Below are positions 24,172 through 36,077 of a stretch of 64,000 nucleotides of DNA, in pieces (within the stretch, counting starts at the first letter, position 1; every line of letters begins with the position of its first letter). Source of the stretch: Saccostrea echinata. Lineage: Eukaryota. A program made the translations under genes and the position numbers. The notes beneath the pieces were generated by a model. That model ran no database searches. It saw only the letters and a program-made list of their open reading frames with translations, and was not told where the DNA came from. The stretch is taken from NCBI RefSeq assembly GCF_033153115.1, contig NW_026889796.1, forward strand, positions 2,604,001 to 2,668,000. The letters are read 5' to 3'.

Positions 24172-27100
24172 ATGTCTGGTGATAATGAACGAAAGTTTAC
24201 TTTTCAGTATTTAGATGGAAGAAAATTCCCTTCTCTCGAAAGCAAGGAGAATAAGGAATTATTGATGAAGTGGTTAGTATAGCTTTGTTGCATGTTGCTA
24301 GAGACGCTGTGTATCACTGTATGATGACTCTCGGTGATCTTACCGTAGTCCGAAATATCTGACGTTTTCCAGGCTTTTTTCACGATTTTGATATTTTACG
24401 TGCAAGGAAAACGTCAGAACCGGCGCCATTACGAAAACTGGAAATTCGCCGCCTCCAACTGGAGGCGGCATTCTCGGGTTGATTTTCGATATTTGCGAAC
24501 CGAATTAAATGCTGAATTCACAACCTATTAATAGTACAATGCCTTTAGTACTCGCCAACATCGTTTTTATGGGTTTGTTTATGAAATATAGTTTGGTGAA
24601 AACATTTTATCAAACGGTCGACTTTTCTTTTCATTTCGTGCATTTTAAAATCTTGCAAGATCTGTATCGAAATGTGGAGTGGTATTTTCTTTTCATCGAT
24701 ATTGGTGAGTACTAAAAGCATTGTGCTACTGATAAATTGTAAGTTCGACATTTAATTCAGTTCGCAAGTATCGAAAATCAAATCCGGTTGGAGACGGTGA
24801 AATTTCCAGTTTTTGTAATGGCGCCGGTTCTGACGTTTTCCTGGCACGTAAAATATCAAAATCTTGAAAAAAGCCTGGAAAACGTCAGATGTTTCGGACT
24901 AATCTTACCGGTGCATTGATTCTCTGCATTGTTAATAGAGTTTGATGAAAAAAGAATATGAATTAACTATGAACTAGAGTCTTTTGTAGGTCAATGAAAG
25001 GAAGAATTTGTGCCCAGATGTTTAGTTTTGACCAACCTTTTCAGTCGTATCAAAAGGATGACTTTGCAAAGGTAAAAAATAAAAAAAAAGATCAGCGAAT
25101 CATATAGATTATGATGTTGTGATAAACAATGATAAACAATACGCAAGTTTCGAGATTATCTCCCTTGGTGTGCTCTTTTGTTACGGAGGGGAGTTAAATT
25201 TTGTTTCTGTGTAAGCAGGCAGGTGGGACAGTTATTTATATATTGGATATAATTACATCATCTATATACCATTATAACTGATTGTCGGGATGAACTTTTC
25301 AAATCGAAAATTACCGAATTAAAGTAAAGGCGTCAATTTTTTTCCTATGAGCAAAATATTGGAACAAAAGAAAATAAAAATCGGAACAAAATAAAGTATC
25401 AGTGGATAAGAACTTATCAAATGAGGGAAGATATATGACAATCTCTAATAAATACACATGCATGTGATCATTGTACGTCAGCATTCTGAATGACTTTTTC
25501 CCTTATAATAACTTCAAAGAGCCCAATAACCTTTTAGAAAAGGTTTGTACAATCAAAGAATTATTTTTCTTATAAAGGCTATGACGGTTCTTTCGTTTTC
25601 AAGTATCCTAATTAAAAGTAAATTTTGTAAATATGTATAGTAGAGCTTTATAAAACCATCAAAATGTTCAAATGTTTCTCTCTAAAACATTAAATGAATT
25701 GTAAAAGCCATAGCCATTGTTCATTTATTTATGCACATTTGTATACATTAACAACCTGTCCCACTTCCATGCTGATATGGATACTTTTTGCGCCTCTATC
25801 ATAGGAGAGTTACAATTTCGAAACTCGCATATTATGTTATTAAATACATGCTGCTGTTGCAAAGTATGTCATTTAAATTATCATTGCATACCACATATGA
25901 CCATATTACTCATTTTATTTATGAATGAACGATCTTATCACATCTTCATTTACTTAGTGACATCTTTATGTCTTTGGGCTTTGACATAACAAACACACTC
26001 ATGATTAAATAGAATGTTCTATCATTAAAATGATACTGTTATAAAATGTGGATGCAGTTAAATGATAAAATTCATTCAGTGTGTTGGCAATGTAGCAAAT
26101 TAAACAGGGGCAGATAATTCAAATCTATGCTTATACTAGCGAACAATGCAGATAGTTCCAAAGGTCAATATGGTGTGCAAATTTGAAGCGAGAAATAAAA
26201 AGTTACATAATTATGTTGATTTTTAGCTCACCTCGACAAAGTCGAGATGAGCTTATGCTATACCCCCGGCGTCAGCGTCGGCATTAGCGTCGGCGTCCCA
26301 TTTAGAGTTTTAGGAGAAAGTCCCATTCCCAAGTAACTATTAGCCCTACCTGGACCAAACTTGCATGGATGATGCATCCAAAGGATGGACACTACCACAC
26401 TTGCTTCGGATGCTGGATCTGACCTAGATTTTCCAGATGAGCAGATGAGCAGGTCCATTCCCAAGTAACTATAAGCCGTACCTGGACCAAACTTTCATTG
26501 ATGATGCATCTAGGGATGGACACTAACCAACCTGCTTCGGATGCTGGATCTGACTTAGATTTTCAACATGAGTGAATTTCAGCCATATTTTAACCAAATT
26601 AGCATGGATGATGTATCTAGGGATGGACACTACCAGGCTTGCTTTGGATTCTGAATCTGACCTACATTATCCAGATGAATGACCAGGGTAATTATTTTGG
26701 TGTAGCTATATAATATTATGGCCTGTTATGATTAAACTTGCATAGATGGTGCATCTAAGGATGAAAACTTCCAGACTTGCTTTGGATGTTGGAACTGACC
26801 AAAATTTTCTTGATTACTTAACAGGTTAAAAGTTTTTTTAGCAGGTCTATTTCCAAGTAACTACAAGTCCTAATTAAACCAAACTTGTAAGGATATTGAT
26901 CTTGGGATGTTCCCTAACTAGAAAAAAAATATGATGTGAAATTTGCCTTACTTATAGATAACATTCGTTGAGGTGAGCTTCGTAATCTTTGATTACCTAT
27001 GTTTTTCTTTATATTGATTATTATTTTGGGTAGAAGACACATATATAAGCTAAAAAATGCTTGCTGTGATTACTTTACTAGAACTGCTTTCAGTGCAGCT

Positions 27101-30100
27101 TCATTTTTATTCTCCAAAGCCATGCCTTAGCAATGATTAATTGTTTTTTTTTTCAGGATTTTATGAAGGATCCAAATGTAATTTCAAATTTACGCATGAT
27201 ATCAGGGGACAAGTGGACAGTTGTAGGTAAATGCATTTTTAAATTTCTCTTGTAAAATATCTACACATCAATCATTTGTCAAATATAAAATCTTTTTATT
27301 GAAAAAATTGGATACATATTTTGGAAGAAAACAAACCAGGGTCGAAGTTTTACATATAAATTGACAGGAAAAATGTTTAAAATCTTCCCAAGAACAGAAA
27401 GATATTAATTGCAGAGCTGCCAACCCTTACGATTTTGGCATAAGGCTTATGGTTTGAGCATTGAAAATATGCCTTACAATTATTCTATTTATCCTTACAA
27501 TACCCGTTTATGTCCGTTAAAAATTTGGAATACCGGTATTCTCCATCTTCTCAAGTCAAGGGTTTCTGATTCACTTCACTCCACATAATATGCAGAAACG
27601 TTTATGATAACGTTTATGTGGAGTGGATCAGAAACCTTTGACTTGGGAAGATGGGTATTCTCAAGTTTGTCCACCTTCAGTTTTCATTATTTAAGTAAAA
27701 ATAATCATAGTCCTTACAGCACTTACTTGTATTGTCATTGTCCATTTTAATGAGAACAAAATGGAAAAATATCCAGCGACCGGGGGTCCAATTGGCGGGT
27801 CAACTTAGTCTTACGTTTTTTAATTTTATAAAGTTGGCAGCTCTGTAATTGGTAATTTTTATGTACTACAACTGACAATCCATGTAGATTCATTTACCTT
27901 GTCCAAATCATTGGCCACAATAGGAGTCAAACTTAAATAAAGGAATCAGATTAGCATGATGGCCCTTGGGCTTAATTCTTATTACATGTACTGCTATTAA
28001 TTGGCTTTCTTCATCAAACTCCCTTTACTATAAATTTGTAATTTTTTGGATTTTCTCCCAGGAATTGCGGCTACCAGTGTAACTGCTGAGGTTGTACCAT
28101 GCTCTGTCCTGTCCATGACTCTCTTTGACAGACTCACAGACAAAGGTGTAGTGAGGGAGTCAGGACACATCAGCAAATGTTTTGATGAGTTTTATGGAGA
28201 GTTCCAGATCTCAGATGAATTAAGAAAAGTAAGTAAATATTATTTAAAAAATAATCTTATTTATAATACAGTTGAACCTGGGTATCTCAAACACTGATAT
28301 CTCAAATACCACGGATATGTGGAAGTGATTTGGAAGTCCCAAACACTTGTTCTTTAAGTATTTTACCCTGGATAATGGATATCTCGAATCCTTGGTTATC
28401 TCAAACTTTTTTCTCGGTCCCATTGAGTTCAAGATAACTTGGATGACTGTGTTGTCAAATTCTGCCTCAAGAAACTGTTTGTGAAAAGTAATGATATGAT
28501 GTTTTTCCAAATTAAATTGACTCAAGTTTTGTTTTGAAGTACATGTAACTCAAAATTTTCGTTTTGTGTATAGGAATATAATGCACCAATGTTCTTCAGA
28601 ATCTTTTAATCTAGATGATTAATAGAGTTGCAATGTAAGCAATTTACATTAAGCATTGATCTGCATTGCTGAAGTAGTTTGCTGCTTAATGTATTCATCT
28701 TTTACGTCTTGTTTGGATGACATTTAGCAGGATGATGGCAAACAAAGCCAAAATATTGTTCCTTAATATTCATGGTAGAATCATATACTACTATATCAAA
28801 AGTCTTTTACATACAAATTATGTTTTAAGTCTTTTTGATTGGCTCCTTTTTTCTACCTTAGTTTACATACCTATTTAAAATCGTCATTTTAATCGCTTTA
28901 TTTCAGATGCTGTTAATTGATGATTCTGATAACTATTGTCTGTACAGTGATTCAGAGAGAGATGAATTTTTATTCCGAATATTTTTCCATCTTTGCCTGG
29001 GGGGTAGGTTTAATCAATTTGAAGATGAAATACAACCTTACTTGGATGTCACCAAACAGATCTACAAGGATTTGATCAGGTATCCTTTATTATTAGATCT
29101 TTGTTTACCCACTTTCCCTGTATTGAGTACGTACAGGCTAGTATAATGCATAATATGTCAATCATGAATGTATAAGTCAAAATTAATGAAAATTTTCTCA
29201 AAGTAATTTTCTATACTATACTAATCACATTTTGAAGAAAAACAAGCTAATTTACTGAAAGAAAGATTATTTTAGATATAATCCACAACAATTATAACAA
29301 TATACAAGTTTGTGAACCTTGACCGTTGTCCCTTTCACCTGACCTTAAAATCAATATGGATATTGAAGTGAATCTGAAAACCATTTCATACAGTTGATAA
29401 ACTTGTGACCTTCACCTTTCCCCATTGGCCTCAAAATCAATTATAATTTAATCTTTTTTTTAAAGTTAGAGAGATTGTTTACCTTAAATTTCATTGCAAA
29501 AGTTAAAAGAGAACAAAGTTATTATCTGGAATCCATTTTAAGCAATATTTGAATTTCTGTTCTTGGCCTTTGACCTTTTGACCTCAAAATCAATTGGGTT
29601 CATTTTAAGTCTTAGGAAGTAATGATATAAAATTCCTTTGCAAAAACTACAGAACTTTAAGAAATATGCAGAAACTAAAGTGACATTGAAATGACAGATT
29701 GACAGATGGGCCCAAATTAATATCCCTGCCTTTAGCCAAATTGGGGGACAACAATCTATGCTAGTGACATTTCTGTGAGATTGCTGTTTGTTCTAGAGAT
29801 TTTACATGGAGTACAATTGATGCTCACTGATACATTAAAGAAAATCCCAACAAGAGGCCCAAGGGCCTTGAATCGCTCTTCTGATAAATTGTACAACCTA
29901 TCACTTCTATTTGAAGCCTTTAAGTATCCTGCATGTATATTTAGATAAAGCCTTGAAATTCCAAATGTAGGTCATCATGACCTACATTTTAGGTAAAACA
30001 TTCTGAGAACCTAAGATGATTCTAAACCAATTAGTACCTGAGAGTAGGTCATGGTGACCTATTTATCAGTTGTCATTCTCTGAGGACCCAAGATGCATCA

Positions 30101-31373
30101 ACTAAGTTTGATGACTCTAAGCCAAATAGTAACTGAAATATTTATATAAAGCCATAAAATTTCATAAAGTAGGTCATTTTGACCGACTTTTCAGTTGACA
30201 TACTCCAAGGACCCAAGACGCAACAACTGACAAAGTTTGATGATTCTAAACCAATTAATACCTGAAATAATATTTAGTCAGGTCACAGTGACCTACTTTT
30301 CAGTCAATGTACTCCAAGCACCCAAGATGCATCAACCAACAAAGTTTGATGACTCTAAGCAAATTAGTACCAAAAAATATTTAAATATAGCCATAAAATT
30401 CCAAAAGTAGGTCAGAGTGACCTACATTTAAGTCAACATACTCCGAGGACCAAGGAATAAAGCCATAAAATTTCAAAAATAGGTCACAGTGACCTACTTT
30501 TCAGTTGACTAACTATACGGACCCAAGATGCAACAACTGACAAAGTTTGATGATTCTAAGCCAATTAATACCTGAAATAATAATTAATCAGGTCACAGTG
30601 ACCTACTTTTCAGTAGATGTACTCCGAGGACCCAAGATGCATCCACTGACAAAGTTTGATGATTCTAAGCCAAATAGTACCCAAAATATTTAAATATAGC
30701 CATAAAAATTCAAAAGTAGGTCATGGTGACCTACTTTTCAGTTGAAGATTTTTTGAGGACCCAAGATGCATCAACTTACAAAGGTTTTATCGGTAGGGGA
30801 CAAATAACATCTTGTTAGTACCCTTATCCACATAGAATTAAGAAATTTTGTTTACTTAAAGTTAAAGCATGCTTATGGCCAATTGCAGGTGCAGTGCACA
30901 AGTAGACACTGATTTTCTTCATAATTGATTATAATTATTCAATTTTCTTTTAAAAGTGTTCAAAAGAATCCAGATACCAAAGATCTCAGTATTGTCTCCT
31001 GTGTGTTCAAGCTCATAGCAAAAGTGAGTGTTTAGAGACAATATAATAAAGAACTTCCTATCAATTAAGTACATTTGAATTTGCTTTAGTTATGGATAAA
31101 TTAAAATTCTACAGGATTTTTGAAAGGGTTATCCTAGATAATGATTCATAAATACATGTATTAGAGTGGTATTTCATTTCCAAACTTACTCTGAACATTA
31201 CATTAGTGAAACATGCCTTGGATTTATTTTCAATCTCCTTTCAGGATGGTGAAGAAATGTTTTACCCTGCAAAAGTGGACCACGAAAACACATTTTCATA
31301 TCTTGTGGTTGACCCAATTAAAAGAACAGCAGCAGTGTTATATCACAACTTTGGTGCTAGTGAATTTGAGTGA
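24172..31373 (+). CDS. CFAP300: Cilia- and flagella-associated protein 300 (C11orf70/DNAAF17 homolog), 262 aa, 7 exons
   Basis: Exons 24172-24272, 24990-25071, 27157-27226, 28062-28228, 28907-29079, 30957-31023 and 31245-31373 (789 nt, GT-AG, frame-consistent). Motifs: LLMKWSMKGRI..FSFDQ, VPCSVLSMTLFDRL, ISDELRKMLL..DS, EFLFRIFFHLCLGG..NQFED, YKDLISVQK, FSYLVVDP..R...LYH. Confidence 0.92.
24346..24901. mobile_element. Foldback/Mutator-like non-autonomous DNA transposon in CFAP300 intron 1
   Basis: TIRs longer than 200 bp (tagtccgaaa...tttcggacta) and a perfect 9-bp TSD atcttaccg (24337-24345 and 24902-24910). Confidence 0.9.
26222..27003. mobile_element. Helentron-type non-autonomous element with degenerate tandem units; same family as 44932-46373
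   Basis: Terminal hairpin agctcacctcgacaaagtcgagatgagct, units ccaaacttgcatggatgatgcatc...gatgctggatctgacc, and other end gaggtgagct...gattacctatgttt. Confidence 0.75.
27412..27845. mobile_element. MITE (TIR CAGAGCTGCCAAC) containing a nested 110-bp foldback element at 27544-27653
   Basis: The outer element is flanked by direct repeat taattg. The inner element has TIR catcttctcaagtcaagggtttctgat / atcagaaacctttgacttgggaagatg and a perfect 9-bp TSD ggtattctc. Confidence 0.8.
28269..28449. mobile_element. Tc1/mariner(pogo)-type MITE (TA|CAGT...ACTG)
   Basis: Family copies at ~55062-55213, ~32352-34133 (split by an insertion), ~44208-44275 and ~54426-54490 (partial). Confidence 0.7.
29849..30806. 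mobile_element. Helentron-type non-autonomous element with a complex tandem array
   Basis: aacaagaggccc start; the unit ggtcacagtgacctacttttcagt...gacccaagatgca...aagtttgatgattctaagcc repeats at alternating ~110 and ~128 bp spacing. Confidence 0.7.
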
Positions 31374-31631
31374 TATCTTAATTAAATTTACAACACAGGT
31401 GTCACACCTGATACCCATTCAAAGCAGCGGGAATCTCTCCATGTTCAGTGTGTCAAGGGAAATAACTTTGCTCTTTTTTTCAAATTGGTGTACAAGAGCT
31501 TAATCTGGAGTTAATATTCCTTCCTCTGATTAAGAACCTACACTCTAAGCCTCTATCTATAAAGGAAGACTGATGTTCTGCTTCTTAATAATGTCAACAA
31601 AAAATGTTTACAATCTGATGGTTGATAATAA

Positions 31632-31645
31632 TTTATTGAAATAAA
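31632..31645. promoter_or_regulatory. Back-to-back polyadenylation signals for LIPT2 (-) and CFAP300 (+)
   Basis: TTTATT at 31632-31637 and AATAAA at 31640-31645, between the convergent stop codons at 31373 and 31656. Confidence 0.55.
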
Positions 31646-31655
31646 GCACAAAACC

Positions 31656-33923
31656 CTACACATGTATATGATTCTTCTTTCTTATTGCTGATTCTAAAAT
31701 CATTTGTTTACATTTCTTTTCACTTTCTTCTATGAGTGAAAGGTCTTGTTTTGAGAGATGTTCAAATGACAGATCACAATTAAACTGTCCCTTAAAGCTC
31801 TCCAAAAATGGCCATAAAATATCTTGAACTTTGACCTCCAATCCGACTTCCTCAGTGATGGATGTGACCCCCTTGTCTTCTATTCCACAAGGTACAATAT
31901 GTTTATACCAGTCTAAGTCTGTGTTACAGTTCAAAGATATCCCATGAGTTGTCACATAACGACTTCCATGTATTCCTGAAAAGAGGAAAAACAAATAATA
32001 GTAAATATTGCATTAGACATATTCTGCCTTTGTAACAGCAGTCCTAATATATTTGCTGAAGGACTGAGTAGTTTAAGTTGCAATCAGAACTTTGTTCAGC
32101 ATTCAAAAATCACAAAGATGGAAGTGATTTTGATGAACCTTGCAATAGATCAGTCACTGAGAGTCAGGGATGAGACTAAAATCCATAATACTGAAAATGA
32201 TGGATTTTTGTCATTTTTACAAACTATATGTTTTCATCATTTTTGTTCATATTTTGAGTTTTGCATTTAATTGTAGAAGATGAGTGTTTGCACAAAATTT
32301 ATTTCATCCGGGTCACTAATTGCTGCTACATTGTGTACTAGAATTTTAAGACAGTCAAACCTCGTTATCTTAAACTCAATCGAGAATGGGACTGAGAAAC
32401 AAGAGGCCCATGGGCCACAGCGCTCACCTAAGTAACTTTGGCCTTGCTGTTTTTCACCTGATTTCTCCCCCCCCCCCCCCCCGGTAGTACTTATTGTGAC
32501 CCCGCCCTATCCCCAGGGGTCATGATTTGAACAATTTAGAATCTACACTACCCCAGAATGCTTCCACATACGTTTCAGCTTTTCTGGCCCAGTGGTTCTT
32601 GAGAAGAAGATTTTTAAAGATTTTTCCTATATATTTCAATGTAAAACTTGGATTCCCTATTGTGGCCCCGCCCTATCCCGGGGGGTCATGATTTGAACAA
32701 TTTAGAATCTACACTACCCCAGTTTCAGCTTTTCTGGCCTAGTGGTTCTTGAGAAGAAGATTTTTAAAGATTTTTCCTATATATTTCAATGTAAAACTTG
32801 GATTCCCTATTGTGGCCCCGCCCTACCCCTGGGGGTCATGATTTGAACAATTTAGAATCTACACTACCCCAGCATGCTTCCAGATACGTTTCAGCTTTTC
32901 TGGCCTAGTGGTTCTTGAGAAGAAGATTTTTAAAGATTTTTCCTATATATTTCAATGTAAAACTTGGATTCCCTATTGTGGCCCCGCCCTACCACCGGGG
33001 GTCATGATTTTAAGAATTTAGAATCTACACTACCCCAGCATGCTTCCACATAAGTTTCAGCTTATCTGGAACAGTGGTTCTTGAGAAGAAGATTTTTAAA
33101 GATTTTTCCTATATATTTCAATGTAAAACTTGGATTCCCTATTGTGGCCTTGCCCTATCCCGGGGGGTCATGATTTGAACAATTTAGAATCTACACTACC
33201 CCAGCATGCTTCCACATAAGTTTCAGCTTTTCCGGCCCAGTGGTTCTTAAGAAGAAGATTTTTAAAGATTTTTCCTATATATTTCAATGTAAAATTTGGA
33301 TTCCCTATTGTGGCCCCGCCCTACCCCCGGGGGTCATGATTTGAACAATTTAGAATCTACACTACCCCAGCATGCTTCCACATAAGTTTCAGCTTTTCTG
33401 GCCTAGTGGTTCTTGAGAAGAAGTTTTTTAAAGATTTTTCCAATATATTTCAATGTAAAACTTGGATTCCCTATTGTGGCCCTGCCCTATCCCCGGGGGT
33501 CATGATTTGAACAATTTAGAATCTACACTACCCCAGCATGCTTCCACATAAGTTTCAGCTTTTCTGGCCCAGTGGTTCTTAAGAAGAAGATTTTTAAAGA
33601 TTTTTCCTATATATTTCAATGTAAAACTTGGATTCCCTATTGTGGCCCCGCCCTACCCCCGGGGGTCATGATTTGAACAATTTAGAATCTACACTACCTT
33701 AGGATGCTTCCAGATAAGTTTCAGCTTTCCTGGCCCAGTGGTTCTTGAGAAGAAGATTTTTTAATGATCCCACCCAATTTTTGTATTTTCTTAATTATCT
33801 CCCCTTTGAAGGGGACTTGGCCCTTCATTTTAACAATTTAAACTCCCCTTCACCCAAGGATGCTTTGTACCAAGTTTGGTCAAAATTGGCCCGGTGGTTC
33901 TTGAGAAGAAGTCAAAAATGTGA

Positions 33924-33956
<33 letters not shown>

Positions 33957-33977
33957 GGACGGACGACGGACAAAATG

Positions 33978-34023
<46 letters not shown>

Positions 34024-35237
34024 CAGAGAGATATCCAAAGATTCAAGATATCAAGAGTAAAATACTTAAAGAATAAATGGTTGGGACTTGCAAATTACTT
34101 CATCATATCCATGGTATTTAAGAAGTTCAACTGTATAGTTATTTTATCTGTAAAATATCCAATTTTTTTTAGATCGAACTGATGCACTAGTTTTCATGCT
34201 GTTTACCACAATAATAAGATATAGTACAATGTCTTGCAACAGACCTAAGTTCTGAGAATATCTTGACAAATAATTATAACAACAATGCCCTGCAAAACAA
34301 GTGAGATATTTCAATCTGCACAAACTCTCATTCTGTTAAAAAAGAGAAATATAGTAATACTCATCTTTAGAGGTTAGGTAGCTCCAAATTTTTATGACTG
34401 TTTTTCATAATTTTCTTTAAAAATAATTACTTTTAGTCGTATAACAAAAATTAATTCTATGACTAGTACATGTAATAATCATTATCAGAAATGATGAATT
34501 TCAGTCTCCCCCAAATGTAGACGGTATTGATTATTGATGTTTTCACCTGATAGTTGCTTTGTGTAGTGACCATCAGAATTTCAAAGCAAATCAAAGATCT
34601 GTTTTAATCATGTTACTCAGATTGGCTTTACATATACATGTTCATTTACATAGTTTGAAACATTCATGCATTTTGCTTTAAATAGAACTGCATATTGTCG
34701 GTCTTCTCTTTCATTTTTAAATTAATAAATTACAGTACCTAATAAACAATCGATAGCTCTTTTTTTCGACCTACCTATTGCTCCTATTTTTCTATCTTCA
34801 ATCCACACGCCTGTTTCTTGATCAGCATTTGCCTTTAAACCAAATTTTTTACAGGTATCAATCATGGTTTTCTCCAATGCACACACATACCACTTCATGC
34901 TAGGTTTAAAATGTTTTAAGTTTATAACTGGATAAGCAACCAATTGTCCAGGCCCATGGAATGTTATAAGTCCACCTCTGTCTGTTCGGACAAAGTCTGC
35001 TCCAGTGCAGAGTAATTTTTCCTCAATTTCTTCATCATAGTTTTTGCTTCTGATTCCTATCGTATACACAGGATCATGCTCAACTAACAACAAAGTATTA
35101 TCTGCAGATGGTGTTCTTCCATGGAAAAAATCAAAATGTTTCTGTTTGTATTTGTTCTGGACCTGCTCTGCAGCTCTGAATCCCATACGACCAAGATTGA
35201 CAACCTGGATGAGTCGTGATGCTCCATCCATGTTCAT
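31656..35237 (-). CDS. LIPT2: Octanoyl-[ACP]:protein N-octanoyltransferase (lipoyltransferase 2, LipB family), ~260 aa; start codon uncertain
   Basis: Exons 35237-34775 and 31975-31656. Motifs: LLLVEHDPVYTIG, TDRGGLITFHGPGQLVAYP, TGVW...RKIGAIGIH..RYVTTHGISLN, IVPCGI..KGVTS. An acceptor at 35268-35266 shows that at least one upstream exon exists. Confidence 0.93.
32398..34021. mobile_element. Helentron-associated non-autonomous element carrying ~7.5 copies of a 166-bp satellite monomer (Cg170/HindIII-like oyster satellite), in the LIPT2 intron
   Basis: Monomer anchor ccctattgtgg at 32655, 32805, 32971, 33137, 33303, 33469 and 33635 (period 166, one 16-nt deletion); aacaagaggcccatgggcc start; (gaca)n tract; terminal hairpin agctcacttgagccttcggctcaggtgagct. 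Confidence 0.85.
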
Positions 35238-35400
35238 GGGCTGACTCCAGAACAATCCTTTGAACCTGAATCAAGAGGATGTTTAAATTTGATACATCAG
35301 ATTTTAAATCCAAGGTCAAGAGGAAAGGAATAAGATATAAGTATTTACTAGCTTGTAAATTTCAGTACAGAAATCACAGTCATGATTATCTTTTACACTC

Positions 35401-35714
35401 TTAAGGACATATACAACATACCTTACCTAGATCTTCGTATAACTTATGTTCGTAGACAAAAAATCAGCATGCATTACCAGGGGTTTTAAAAAGATATCAA
35501 TTGATTAAAATTCTTGTATAGTTTAAAGAAAAATATACAAAAATTACTAAACATATATTCTAGATGTTTTGTTCATCCAAACTTTTTTTACAAGTGTACA
35601 ACAGCATATATATATAGACATTAAAATGTAGCACACAGTTCCTAGAAGTATCGGAACTCTTCAACTCCATGGAAAAAGACAATATAGTTCAAACTACGTA
35701 GCATATGTCCTTAA
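35401..35714. mobile_element. MITE with TTAA target site (Kolobok-like)
   Basis: ttaa|ggacatat ... atatgtcc|ttaa. Confidence 0.65.
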
Positions 35715-36014
35715 AGAATGTGAAATAAAGCTATTTACAAGTAACTTAGTAAGTTTTCTTTCTTGTTGTAGTGAAGTTAAAACGAAAATGAAAGTAGTAG
35801 GTAGTTAATTCAAGCTAACTCGTTCAATGAAATATAATTCAGGGTTGTTATTTTTCAAATATTGTTTAATCATATCCAATAATTTTTTTGTCTACCATTA
35901 TTTCTTTTAAAAAGTAGATATAAAAAAATTAATCGTTTAAATGCCAGCAGTATTGTGTTATAATTATCGACGTTTGATACTTTTGAGTACGAGTTAGTTT
36001 TCTGAGAGAAACTG

Positions 36015-36062
36015 AACAGCCAATCAAAATCATCGTACGATTTAAACAGCGCCATTTTCGAA
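36015..36062. promoter_or_regulatory. Bidirectional LIPT2/ECT2 promoter core: CCAAT box, CHR-like TTTAAA, YY1-like GCCATTTT
   Basis: CCAAT 36020-36024 (agCCAATca), TTTAAA 36041-36046 and gcGCCATTTTc 36049-36059, directly upstream of the ECT2 ATG at 36078. Confidence 0.55.
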
Positions 36063-36077
36063 GGAATATAGCCGACA

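Noticed and set aside
32398-34021. CRISPR-like array
   Set aside because: The monomers are near-identical over their whole 166 bp, with no unique spacers and no cas genes; this is a eukaryotic satellite.
35420-35480. Strong minus-strand donor (AG|gtaagg) as a LIPT2 coding exon
   Set aside because: It lies within a TTAA MITE and the required frame contains a stop; at most an exonised UTR.
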